From: a virus
Lineage: Duplodnaviria > Caudoviricetes
Strand: one strand, 5' to 3'
DNA length: 61,243 bases
Virus record (IMG/VR): IMGVR_UViG_3300036850_000032
Span: 1-61,243 of that record
Shown: one piece after another, positions 1-8,355 of the stretch
How the letters are laid out: each line of letters starts with the position of its first letter
How positions within the stretch are numbered: position 1 is the stretch's first letter
Notes under the pieces: generated by a model
Told to the model about the DNA's origin: nothing
What the model saw: the letters and a program-made list of their open reading frames with translations, nothing else
The model's database searches: none
Made by a program: the position numbers and the translations under genes

Positions 1-99
1 AACTTGGTCTCGCCAGCGGTGCGGGAACAGATGCAGAAGGATCAGGCGGCCGTGCGACGCTTGGTCTCGACGCCACTTCAGAAGACAGGAACACACTGA
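1..99 (+). CDS. probable C-terminal end of the giant protein starting at 55057 (partial)
   Basis: Frame 1 is open from base 1 (NLVSPAVREQMQK...TGTH*) and ends in a TGATG overlap with the ATG at 99, a coupling pattern used throughout this genome. Confidence 0.55.
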   Translation, partial: NLVSPAVREQMQKDQAAVRRLVSTPLQKTGTH

Positions 100-1253
100 T
101 GCCTGGCACGGTCATGCCCAACCCGAAATTCTTCGCGGTGGATGCGAATGGCTCGCCGTATGCTGGTGGGACACTGACCACGTATGCCGCTGGCGGAACG
201 ACACCGCTCGCTACCTTCAGCGATGTGGGATTGGCCACGCCGAACGCCAACCCGGTTGTATTGGATGCCGCCGGACGGGCCACAGTGTTCTTGTCGCCTG
301 CCGCGTATCGTTTCGTTCTGAAGGACTCAGGTGGCGTTCAGATTTGGGACCAAGACAACATCAACGCCACACCGCCGTTCAACGTCGATGTCGATGTCGT
401 GGCCCTGGCCGGTGTCGCCATCGCGGCCGGCGAAGCTGTGTATCTATCAGATGGGAGCGGCGGCCTCACGGCGGGCCGCTGGTATCTCGCTGACTCCGAC
501 AATCCGTACAGCTCGATTCAAGCCGTGCTGGTGGGCATGGCCCCTGCGGCGATTGCGAGTGGGGCCTTGGGCTCCGTCCGCATCCTCGGCCGCATCACGG
601 GACTCACAGGGCTGACCGCTGGGGCCACGTATTACGCCAGTGCCACGGCCGGTGCGATTACCACCACGCGCCCCGTCAACGCGATGATCATGGGCGTCGC
701 GGACTACACCACCACCGCACTGGTGCTGCGCCCGCGGCAAGTGGCGGATGTCGTCCTCGATCGTGATGTTAGCACCACGACGCAAGCGGCGGCAGGCCCG
801 ACCACGCACTACACCTACTCGGTCCCGGGTGGGACGCTCGGCACGCTGGGCACACTGCGGTTCCGCGCGATTCTTGATTTCCTCAACAACACCGGCGTTG
901 ATCGGACCGTCCGTGTCGAAGTCCTGTACGGCGCGACCACGATTTTTGACTCCACGGCCGTAGCCGTCACGACAAGTGCGAGTCGGCGTGGCGTCAAGGT
1001 GGAGGTGGATTTGAGTGCCAACAACGCCACGAATGCGCAGGTGGCCTCAAGTCGGATGGAGATCTATGAGCCCGCCACGGCTTCTGGAGTGGCGGTGGCG
1101 ACGGCCGCGCTCTCGTGGACCTTGCCTGCCGTCCACAACGCTGTTGCTGAAGATTCGACCGCAGCTAAGACGCTGCTGATGCGTTGCACGCTCAGCACCA
1201 CTGACGCCAATCTGGTGGTGCGCACCTTTACCGCCACCTTGGAGTTGCTCTAA
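99..1253 (+). CDS. tail fibre/tailspike-like protein with P22-type head-binding N-terminal domain
   Basis: N-terminus FFAVDANGSPYAGGTL..YAAG.TTP.ATFSD..NANPVVLDAAGRA resembles podovirus tailspike attachment domains; Ala/Thr/Gly-rich beta-type remainder; follows the ejection genes. Confidence 0.75.
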   Translation: MPGTVMPNPKFFAVDANGSPYAGGTLTTYAAGGTTPLATFSDVGLATPNANPVVLDAAGRATVFLSPAAYRFVLKDSGGVQIWDQDNINATPPFNVDVDVVALAGVAIAAGEAVYLSDGSGGLTAGRWYLADSDNPYSSIQAVLVGMAPAAIASGALGSVRILGRITGLTGLTAGATYYASATAGAITTTRPVNAMIMGVADYTTTALVLRPRQVADVVLDRDVSTTTQAAAGPTTHYTYSVPGGTLGTLGTLRFRAILDFLNNTGVDRTVRVEVLYGATTIFDSTAVAVTTSASRRGVKVEVDLSANNATNAQVASSRMEIYEPATASGVAVATAALSWTLPAVHNAVAEDSTAAKTLLMRCTLSTTDANLVVRTFTATLELL

Positions 1254-1573
1254 TGCTGTGGGTCTACCGCACCACCGATAGCGTGTTCCTCCGCGACCGC
1301 GGCACTGAGGATCTGAAGCCAGATGAGGCCGAAGTGGAATTGGACTCGGTGCCGGATGTTGTGCGCGAACGGTTTGAGGCTACGGCTCCGAACAAGCGCC
1401 GACTCGCCATCGCAACAGAGGCGGCGTCGGTGACCGATGTTCAGCGAGACAGCGAGATTGACAACATGAAAGCCTTTCAGGCACTCGCACGGGCCACGCA
1501 CGAACTGAAGACCAATGCGTGGACGCTGGCGCAATTCGGCGCACGCATCAAGCAGATTTACCGGGGCTTGTAG
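1253..1573 (+). CDS. hypothetical protein, possible tail fibre accessory/chaperone
   Basis: TAATG coupling to the tail fibre gene; 106 aa. Confidence 0.55.
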   Translation: MLWVYRTTDSVFLRDRGTEDLKPDEAEVELDSVPDVVRERFEATAPNKRRLAIATEAASVTDVQRDSEIDNMKAFQALARATHELKTNAWTLAQFGARIKQIYRGL

Positions 1574-1773
1574 TGGAAGACGTTGAGACGCTGAAATGGT
1601 TTGTGTCGCTGGGGGTCGGGGGCATCCTCGCGGGCATGATGTTTTTCTTCTATCGCAAGGACGCCGCGCAGTGGCAGGCGGCCTGGAGAGGACAAAGCGA
1701 AATGCTGGTCCAGGTCGTGAAGGAAAACACGGCAGCAGTGACCGCCCTGATCGAAAAACTGGAAGATAAATGA
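1573..1773 (+). CDS. holin-like small membrane protein (BhlA/UviB-like layout)
   Basis: GTG overlaps the upstream TAG; one TM segment (WFVSLGVGGILAGMMFFFY) followed by a coiled-coil. Confidence 0.55.
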   Translation: MEDVETLKWFVSLGVGGILAGMMFFFYRKDAAQWQAAWRGQSEMLVQVVKENTAAVTALIEKLEDK

Positions 1774-2024
1774 CGCGCGTTCTCCTCATCTCACTGTTCT
1801 GGGGCGGGTTCGGGTTCTTGATCGCCGTGGCCATGTGGGCCGTGGTCACCATCACGCGGATGCGGGCCGAGCAGGCGGCAGCAATCGGCATGCTGCGCGT
1901 GCTCGCGGCGAGGGCAGGACTACAGGAAGCGTTAGAAAAGGTGCAGACGAGCAAGGACGCGGCGCACCGAGCGATCAATGACGTGGGCGGCGCGCCGCCA
2001 CCAAATGAGTCAAAAGGGGGCTGA
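1770..2024 (+). CDS. small membrane protein of lysis cassette
   Basis: N-terminal hydrophobic segment then a helical tail; overlaps the upstream stop. Confidence 0.6.
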   Translation: MTRVLLISLFWGGFGFLIAVAMWAVVTITRMRAEQAAAIGMLRVLAARAGLQEALEKVQTSKDAAHRAINDVGGAPPPNESKGG

Positions 2025-2027
2025 CCA

Positions 2028-2207
2028 ATGGACCTCATAGTTTTGGTGTTGGTTCTCGTCGCGGTGGGCTTTGTCGTGTATCTCCTGACGACAAAGATCC
2101 CGATGCCGCCGTACTGGGCTACGGCGATTCAACTCGTGGCACTGCTTTTGATGCTGCTGTTTCTGCTCCGACAACTGGGCGTCTCGTTACCCAATCTGTT
2201 GCGCTGA
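2028..2207 (+). CDS. two-TM small membrane protein (59 aa), holin candidate; not in ORF track
   Basis: Translated by hand: MDLIVLVLVLVAVGFVVYLLTTKIPMPPYWATAIQLVALLLMLLFLLRQLGVSLPNLLR; purine-rich RBS upstream. Confidence 0.7.
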   Translation: MDLIVLVLVLVAVGFVVYLLTTKIPMPPYWATAIQLVALLLMLLFLLRQLGVSLPNLLR

Positions 2208-2219
2208 AACGGTGGTGTT

Positions 2220-2618
2220 ATGGCAATTCCGACTCTTGCGGCCGTCTTACCCAAGGAGGACTCTCCGGGGGACATGCCACACCCCCGGCCACGGAAAGGC
2301 TGGGATATGTCGCCCGCACTGAAAGAGCCGTCACTGACAGATGCATCGAAACTGAGCTTCCCCCTGCAGCTCGTCATCATGATCGCCTCGGCCCTCGGGG
2401 CAGTCTGGGCGAGTCAATATGGCCTGCGGTCGGATGTGCGGGACATCCTCACCCGCATGGAAGCCACGGCGAAGATCGCCGAGATTCAGACCAAGGCGCA
2501 GGAAGACCGGATGACCTCGCTCAACAATGACATCAATGAGATGAAGCGCCGACTGGAGCTCCAGCAGATGCAGTACCAGCAACTCCGCGAAACCGTGTTG
2601 GAAGTGAAAAGGAGATAA
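2220..2618 (+). CDS. membrane-anchored coiled-coil protein (holin/spanin-like); true start may be downstream
   Basis: TM segment LQLVIMIASALGAVWA followed by a long heptad-rich helix. Confidence 0.55.
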   Translation: MAIPTLAAVLPKEDSPGDMPHPRPRKGWDMSPALKEPSLTDASKLSFPLQLVIMIASALGAVWASQYGLRSDVRDILTRMEATAKIAEIQTKAQEDRMTSLNNDINEMKRRLELQQMQYQQLRETVLEVKRR

Positions 2619-2621
2619 CCG

Positions 2622-2834
2622 ATGGGCGATCCGGAACTCAATTGTTTATTGGCGGTGTGTTGTGAGCCTGCGCAGCAAGAAGCCACGCTGGCGAAGGAAC
2701 TGGTGAAGGCGGGCGCGTGTGACAAGGAGTACGCCCCGAAGGCCGCCGCGTGGCTGCTGGCGCAGTTCGATCTCGCGCCGAAGGGGACGCTCCGGCCGTT
2801 CGTGGAAGTCATCACCCGATTGGCGCGGGGATGA
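2622..2834 (+). CDS. hypothetical protein
   Basis: AGGAG RBS upstream; coupled to next gene. Confidence 0.6.
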   Translation: MGDPELNCLLAVCCEPAQQEATLAKELVKAGACDKEYAPKAAAWLLAQFDLAPKGTLRPFVEVITRLARG

Positions 2835-3310
2835 CACTCGACGGGTTCCTGACGATCGACGGCGAGCGCAAGGCGGTCACGCTGGAGATCCCAGCGCTGA
2901 ACCCGCAGGAGGGCGAGCCGGTGATCGCGCTGCCGCAGGCCGACATCATCGCCCACCTGAACGAACTCACGTTTCGACAGCATCCCGATTTCGTCGATCC
3001 GGCGGGCATTGGGTTTGTTGGGAACGGGCTCAGCTACGGGCACCTGTCGGGGAGTCAGGCGCGCGCAGATGGCGGGCGGGAGATGTCCACGTTGATGCAG
3101 TTCAAGAAGGATGAGCGCACGCGGAATGATCCGCACCGCCACGGCGGCGAGATCACGATTCACTGCCGCGATGGCGACATCGAACAGCGTGGGCGCGAGG
3201 ATGGGATGCGGCTCTCGGCGTTATTCCGACCCGGCTATCTCTACGCGAAGCGCATCGTCGTGGATGAAATTGTCGCGGCCCGAGCCTGGCTGCGCGGAGT
3301 GGAAGTGTAA
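2831..3310 (+). CDS. hypothetical protein
   Basis: ATGA overlap start (MTLDGFLTIDGERK...). Confidence 0.55.
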   Translation: MTLDGFLTIDGERKAVTLEIPALNPQEGEPVIALPQADIIAHLNELTFRQHPDFVDPAGIGFVGNGLSYGHLSGSQARADGGREMSTLMQFKKDERTRNDPHRHGGEITIHCRDGDIEQRGREDGMRLSALFRPGYLYAKRIVVDEIVAARAWLRGVEV

Positions 3311-3319
3311 AGGAACCCC

Positions 3320-4978
3320 ATGAGCTACTTTCCAACGTCCGCCCTTCAACGCTCTGAGCTCGCTGATGCTGCTGCCGCGGCCGTCCCGAACCGTCTCGCC
3401 ATCGCGGAACAGACGAACCGAGAACACCCGAGATTGCTGCGATGGAACACGCCGGCCGCTTGCGCGGAGTATCTCCAGCGCACCCGCGCGGCGATGCCAC
3501 CGGCCGACCGTTTCGGGTTCCTGACAAAGAGCGACGGCGAGGCTGGATACACGCTGCCGAACGGCCATCGGATCGCGCTCGACGTGCTCGCGTTGCCGGA
3601 TGGCAATCGTATCGACATCATCAGCGGCAGCAACAATCACCCGCTACCGGCCGGGCCGTCGTGGCAGGTGATTCCGCCGGAGCACTGGCGGCCGTCCAAC
3701 GTCTACATCGACGGCTCGGCATGGCCGATCTTTGACAGCGGCACGCCTGGTGGTGCTCAGCCAGCGAAGCCGCTCGTCTGCGGGATGGGCGCGTTCCCGC
3801 TGCTGCGCGCGTTGGCAGAGTGGGGCGACGAGATGCAGACAAACGCACGCTTTATCCGCGAACGGCTCCCCGTGAAAGTGTGGCGATGCTTCCTCGACGT
3901 CGAAGGGATCTCGCACATCCGCGGCACTATGCCGGACCCGTGGCGCGACGCTGGGATCGACGGACGCGCGTCGAACTGGAGCGATCGATTCAAGGCCGCG
4001 CTCGACTTCGCCGGCAATGCGGGCGAGCAACTCTGGTGCTGCGTCTACGGCGGGCGCAATCATTTCCCCGAAGCGCACAGCCGGCGCGTGTTTCACGATC
4101 GCATCGTGCAGGCGGCACAAGGGCGCTGGTCGGCGATCTGGGGCTTCGAGATGATGAACGAGTACCTGGTGAATCGCTGGGAACTGCGCGAGGTCCAGGA
4201 CGCCGGCGCCGACCTCCGCAGCAAGATCCCTGCTGGTACCAGACTCGCGCTCAGCTCGCCATGCTTGGCACACGCGCTCACGCCCGATGATCGCGAAGCG
4301 ACGAACGAAGAGATGGCAGCGGCCGTGAACGACGTTGCCGGGCACGGTGCCAGCGTACTCACGATTCACAAAATGCGAGACGCGCGATCCAAGTGGGCCG
4401 ACGCGTTCGCCTACAACGGCTACCGGCCCGATCTGCCGAAGATTGACGGCGAGCCCTTCGGCGATGGAGCTAGCGCGGGCGGCGACACGAGCGACCCGCG
4501 CCTCATCGCGGCGGATGCGCAGCGCACGAGAGATGCTGGCTACGCGCTGCGCATCGAGCACCCAGCATCGTTTTGCATTTGGATGGCGCGCATTCCGTCT
4601 GAGTACGGCCTGCGTCAGTACCGCTTCATCAAAGATGTGCCGCACATCGAAGAGACGTTCCGCCTGCTGCAGACCGTGTACGGCGGCGGCACCGTTCAAC
4701 CCGGCCAGCCAGGAGTACCCGAAATGCCACTACCAGATCGCGGCGACGTGATGCGCGCCATCGATTGGCTGCACGACTTCTACAAAGCGCCCGAAGGCTT
4801 GAAGCGCCCCGATGGCCTGTGGAAGAACGGCCGCCCAGACACCGAAGGGATCGGCGCTTGGGGCTTCGATGTCTACCTCCGCGAGCGCCAGAAAGGCAAG
4901 ACGCACGACGACGCGATCGCGGAAGTCAGACGGCAGATCGAAGCGTCTGACGAATGGAAGCGGAAGCACGCGGCATGA
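3320..4978 (+). CDS. candidate endolysin: N-terminal domain + TIM-barrel glycoside-hydrolase-like domain + C-terminal helical domain
   Basis: Lies in the lysis cassette; WGFEMMNE resembles the clan GH-A (GH5-like) acid/base motif, with a later IDGEP; Pro/Gly linkers separate the domains. Confidence 0.5.
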   Translation: MSYFPTSALQRSELADAAAAAVPNRLAIAEQTNREHPRLLRWNTPAACAEYLQRTRAAMPPADRFGFLTKSDGEAGYTLPNGHRIALDVLALPDGNRIDIISGSNNHPLPAGPSWQVIPPEHWRPSNVYIDGSAWPIFDSGTPGGAQPAKPLVCGMGAFPLLRALAEWGDEMQTNARFIRERLPVKVWRCFLDVEGISHIRGTMPDPWRDAGIDGRASNWSDRFKAALDFAGNAGEQLWCCVYGGRNHFPEAHSRRVFHDRIVQAAQGRWSAIWGFEMMNEYLVNRWELREVQDAGADLRSKIPAGTRLALSSPCLAHALTPDDREATNEEMAAAVNDVAGHGASVLTIHKMRDARSKWADAFAYNGYRPDLPKIDGEPFGDGASAGGDTSDPRLIAADAQRTRDAGYALRIEHPASFCIWMARIPSEYGLRQYRFIKDVPHIEETFRLLQTVYGGGTVQPGQPGVPEMPLPDRGDVMRAIDWLHDFYKAPEGLKRPDGLWKNGRPDTEGIGAWGFDVYLRERQKGKTHDDAIAEVRRQIEASDEWKRKHAA

Positions 4979-5184
4979 AAGGCACCCTGCGGATCTTCGC
5001 GAACGCCAGCGGTGCGGTTCTGTACTGGCACACCGAAGGCGTGGACTACGGCCCACGGGCGAAGACAACCGTCGCGCTGTTTCGCGCACGGCCTTGTCAA
5101 TCGGCGCGTGAGTGTCAACGCCTCGCTGGGCTGCTCAAGACCGCGATGGAGCAGGGCAACGATCCTGCGCTGCCTGCCGCATGA
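4975..5184 (+). CDS. hypothetical protein
   Basis: ATGA overlap with upstream gene. Confidence 0.5.
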   Translation: MKGTLRIFANASGAVLYWHTEGVDYGPRAKTTVALFRARPCQSARECQRLAGLLKTAMEQGNDPALPAA

Positions 5185-5366
5185 ACGGCGAACCGTCCGC
5201 CTGCCCGTACTGCGACACCTCCGCCCGTCCAGAAGAGGTGCAGGTGGCGCGCAAGCGGAAGGACCGCCGGTTTTGGTTCTGCAATACGTGCGGCCATGCG
5301 TGGTCCACCCGATCTGAAGGCGAGCCCGATCGCGCTGGGGAATCACCGTCACCCAACCGACGATGA
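5181..5366 (+). CDS. small zinc-ribbon protein
   Basis: CPYC...CNTC motifs; ATGA overlap. Confidence 0.55.
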   Translation: MNGEPSACPYCDTSARPEEVQVARKRKDRRFWFCNTCGHAWSTRSEGEPDRAGESPSPNRR

Positions 5367-5392
5367 TGCGGTGGTCGGGTTCGTCTTCAGGA

Positions 5393-5420
5393 TGGCGGAG
5401 AGCGCGCGATTCGAACACGA
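5393..5420 (-). mobile_element. putative attP core = 3' end of a tRNA (Ser-like)
   Basis: Minus strand reads TCGTG-TTCGAAT-CGCGC-GCTCTCC-G-CCA (T-loop, acceptor 3' strand, discriminator G, CCA), ~150 bp downstream of the integrase. Confidence 0.75.
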
Positions 5421-5571
5421 TTCGCTCCGTCGTTCACTCCACAAATTCCACGCTAAACCTGTAACAGCCGCTCTCGCAACACGTTACCGTCAATAGCCAC
5501 AAGCTCCAGGAGTCGGCGCCACTCCCGACGTGTGCAGTCCGTCAAGCGCGTTCTAACAAGCGCAACTCACT

Positions 5572-6897
5572 CTACGCATTAGACTTGCGGCCTTTCATCT
5601 GTGCTACTGGTCTGATCCGCCGCGCCTTCCGGACGAGCCGATTCTGCCCTTTGGTGAGCCGTGTAGACGAATGAAGTCGCTCCGGGGTTCGCTCCGCTCC
5701 AGACAGTCGCTCCGCACGCCGCACACGGGGAGCCTTCGCAATCACCACGGAGGCGATGTCCACGGCCTGTGAAAGCTGCTCAGCCGCGAGGCGTTGATCG
5801 TCGGCCTCAAGGTGCGTGTAGCCGCGCGTGGTGGCAAAGTCGCCGTGGCCCATGAGCTGCTGATGAAGCAGGGGCGACACACCCAGCCGTGCAAGTAGGG
5901 TAGACATCGAATGCCGTAGCGTGTGGAACGTCACCCCGTGATCGACATCGCGGCCCCACGTCAGCCCCGCCTCAAGCGCGGCGGCTTTCACGGCGCAATC
6001 GATCGTCTTGACGGGGCCATTCCGGTAGAGCACCACACGATGGCTGGCGATCTCAGGATGGCGCTGATAGGCGTCTCGGAGGATCATGTCGAGCTGCGTC
6101 GAGATCGGAGCTACCAAGGGCTCGCCGCGCGCGTCGGTCTTGTGCGCTTGCACCGTGATCACCCGCCGGGCGAAATCGACATCAGACCAGTTCAGCGCCA
6201 GAATATTCGCCAGCCGAAGCTTCGGCGCTAAGGCCGCAATCGCCATCGCCAGCTTGGCATGATACGACGCGTGCGACAGCCACGCCAACAACTGCGGGCC
6301 GGTCACCGTCGCCGTCCGGCGCTTCCACCGCGTCCGGGGCCGATACGAGAACGGGTTGATGCCGACGCCTGACGCTAGATGGCGGTATTCGGGGTGCTGC
6401 GCCAGCCAGTAGAGGCGCGAGAGGGTGTTGAGGTAGTGATTGCGGGTCGACTTCGCCACCCCACGTAGCTGGATCCACGCTTCGAAGTCGCGCAGCCAGG
6501 CCGGATGCTCGATCGGATCGGTGAGCCGGAGATCGTGGTAGGGGCAGGGGTACTCTGGTGTGGGTTCCTCGGGCACCTCGGGACGCGCGCCGAAGAAGCG
6601 GAGAACCACGCGGAGGGTCAGTTCAATGGCCTCGGGGCGCTTTAGGAGCCCGAGGCGTGCCTGTTCCTGCACGAAGGCCATGTAGACGCCAGCCCATTCC
6701 GAGAAGCGTGGCGCGGGCGGCAGGGCTGTGGGATCGAGCTCCAGGCCAGCGGCGCGGCGCGTCAGACTGCGGCGCAGGATGGCCTCGGCGTCCAGGGCGT
6801 CCCGCTTCGTTTCGAAGGCCCGCTTGGACTGGTAGCGGGTTTTGTCGTAGAAGAAGCTCCAGCGCCAGCCCCGCATCTTGTCGAAGTACGCGCCCAT
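5572..6897 (-). CDS. int: tyrosine recombinase/integrase
   Basis: Catalytic residues: KLRLANI (R), HKT (K), HTLRH, MGH, TTRGY (Y); arm-binding-like N-terminus; start revised to ATG 6897 (TGATG overlap). Confidence 0.93.
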   Translation of the reverse strand: MGAYFDKMRGWRWSFFYDKTRYQSKRAFETKRDALDAEAILRRSLTRRAAGLELDPTALPPAPRFSEWAGVYMAFVQEQARLGLLKRPEAIELTLRVVLRFFGARPEVPEEPTPEYPCPYHDLRLTDPIEHPAWLRDFEAWIQLRGVAKSTRNHYLNTLSRLYWLAQHPEYRHLASGVGINPFSYRPRTRWKRRTATVTGPQLLAWLSHASYHAKLAMAIAALAPKLRLANILALNWSDVDFARRVITVQAHKTDARGEPLVAPISTQLDMILRDAYQRHPEIASHRVVLYRNGPVKTIDCAVKAAALEAGLTWGRDVDHGVTFHTLRHSMSTLLARLGVSPLLHQQLMGHGDFATTRGYTHLEADDQRLAAEQLSQAVDIASVVIAKAPRVRRAERLSGAERTPERLHSSTRLTKGQNRLVRKARRIRPVAQMKGRKSNA

Positions 6898-7343
6898 CAG
6901 AAGAGGAACTTGAAAATGTTCCCGTCTGAGTCTTTCGCGATGCCAAAGCCGTGGCGTGTCCCGGCACCCGTGACGAACTCCAGTTGGACGGTACGGCCGG
7001 TGGCGCACGTGGCTAGCCCTTGGCCCGGATTCTGGCTACCGCCGGGCGACACCGTGAGCGCGGACAGGTAAATGGCGCCGTATTCAGACATCAGACTGCC
7101 GCTCGTGTAGCCGACACCGGAGCCCGCGGCCGACGCCCAGCGGCCGACACACGCATCGGCAGGAGGCAGGGTAAAGGTCAGCTTGCCTGAGCCGCCGAAC
7201 ATGACGCCATCGGCCTTGACGTTGATGACCGGCGCGGGGCGGGTGAGACTCATGGGACCTTCAACGGGTATCATGGTGGCATGGAGTGAGCAGCCCGCGA
7301 GCGCGGCCGTGAGGACGATGACGGCGAATAGTCTGCGGGTCAT
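6897..7343 (-). CDS. lipoprotein in immunity/integration region (superinfection-exclusion candidate)
   Basis: MTRRLFAVIVLTAALAG|C lipobox; co-oriented with cI and int. Confidence 0.75.
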   Translation of the reverse strand: MTRRLFAVIVLTAALAGCSLHATMIPVEGPMSLTRPAPVINVKADGVMFGGSGKLTFTLPPADACVGRWASAAGSGVGYTSGSLMSEYGAIYLSALTVSPGGSQNPGQGLATCATGRTVQLEFVTGAGTRHGFGIAKDSDGNIFKFLF

Positions 7344-7639
7344 GGGGTCTGCTCCTGTCAGGTTCACAGAATTTCAAACGGTCACTACGGCTGATAACGT
7401 GTCTCGGATGGACAGCTTGTGGCGGTCGAACGGATGCTTACCATTCTCGATCTTGACTGTTCCGTATGTAGACAATTAGCATGAGTCCGTTTCCGCACGC
7501 TGGGTTGTTTGCCCTCCCCATCACCACCGGCGACATCAGCCGATGATCCTGAGAGGAGCGTCGGTCATGGCGTCGTTGCCCCCGCGTCGTCGAGCCGCAG
7601 ACCTGCTGTTTTCCACGCTCAAGCCATCACAGCAGCGGC

Positions 7640-7999
7640 TCATGCTCCGCCAGATGTGGCGTCTGATTCCGCGTCGGCGTCGATCATCGCCCGGACTTGC
7701 TTCAGCACGTCCCTACGCGCGGATTCGTCAAGTAGCGGCCAGAATTTTGTTAGTCGTCGCATAACAGGGTCCGGTTCCGTGCGAAACAACTCCAGCACGT
7801 TGCGGAACCCCAATGCCCGCGCGACCTTGTCGTACTGCGAGAGGTAGACGTTTTCACCGCGCTCCAGCCGCGACACGAGCGCGTTTTCGATGCCGGCGCG
7901 TTCAGCCACGTCCGTCTGTTTCAGGTTCTGTGCCTGACGCACGGCGCGGACAAACGCCCCCACTCGCACGAACGGCCGCACGCGTTTCGGCTCAGTCAC
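7640..7999 (-). CDS. cI: CI-like XRE HTH repressor (no S24 peptidase domain)
   Basis: VRAVRQAQNLKQTDVAERAGIENALVSRLERGE HTH; divergent from cro-like gene. Confidence 0.85.
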   Translation of the reverse strand: MTEPKRVRPFVRVGAFVRAVRQAQNLKQTDVAERAGIENALVSRLERGENVYLSQYDKVARALGFRNVLELFRTEPDPVMRRLTKFWPLLDESARRDVLKQVRAMIDADAESDATSGGA

Positions 8000-8118
8000 A
8001 GCCCGTATTGTGACGCCAACCGCTAGACCCGTAACACTTTAGGGATACGTGCAATTTTTTTGGGATAGGTCGCATTTTCCCTCTTGACAGATTCGGTGCT
8101 CATCCCAATAATAGCGAC
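8000..8118. promoter_or_regulatory. divergent lysis/lysogeny promoters and operators
   Basis: TTGACA(8084)-N17-AATAAT(8107) rightwards; CACAAT -10 leftwards; GGGAT half-sites at 8042, 8062 and (inverted) 8102-8106. Confidence 0.75.
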
Positions 8119-8355
8119 ATGTCACAAATGAGTCTGGAGCGCGCCCGCAAGCTCCTGAATTGGACGCAAAGCCGACTCGCGCGGGAAGCCCATACCAACA
8201 TTTCCAACATCCGCGACTTGGAGAGCGGCAAGAACAGCCGCCCCGCCTTCGCGCTGGTGATGGATGTGACCAACGCCCTGCGGCGCGGCGGACTCTCGGG
8301 GCTCGCCCCAGAAGACATCTTCGATACGACGAAGCCCGATCAGGTGGCTTCATGA
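8119..8355 (+). CDS. cro: Cro-like XRE HTH regulator
   Basis: LERARKLLNWTQSRLAREAHTNISNIRDLESGK HTH; first gene of the rightward early operon. Confidence 0.85.
   Translation: MSQMSLERARKLLNWTQSRLAREAHTNISNIRDLESGKNSRPAFALVMDVTNALRRGGLSGLAPEDIFDTTKPDQVAS

Noticed and set aside
1-70. CTTGGTCTCG repeated at 3-12 and 60-69 as terminal repeat or att site
   Set aside because: Only 10 bp, both copies in the same coding frame (LVS), and not seen at the right end
3644-4699. Long minus-strand ORFs opposite major genes (also 11314-12291, 45767-46708, 52155-53336)
   Set aside because: Expected stop-poor antisense frames in high-GC DNA; no recognisable motifs or RBS
5393-5476. Functional full-length tRNA gene
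   Set aside because: No anticodon stem-loop and a C1:C72 mismatch; treated as attP fragment/pseudo-tRNA only
6898-7008. Extended N-terminus of the integrase given by the ORF track
   Set aside because: Overlaps the lipoprotein gene; ATG 6897 with TGATG coupling gives a typical integrase start
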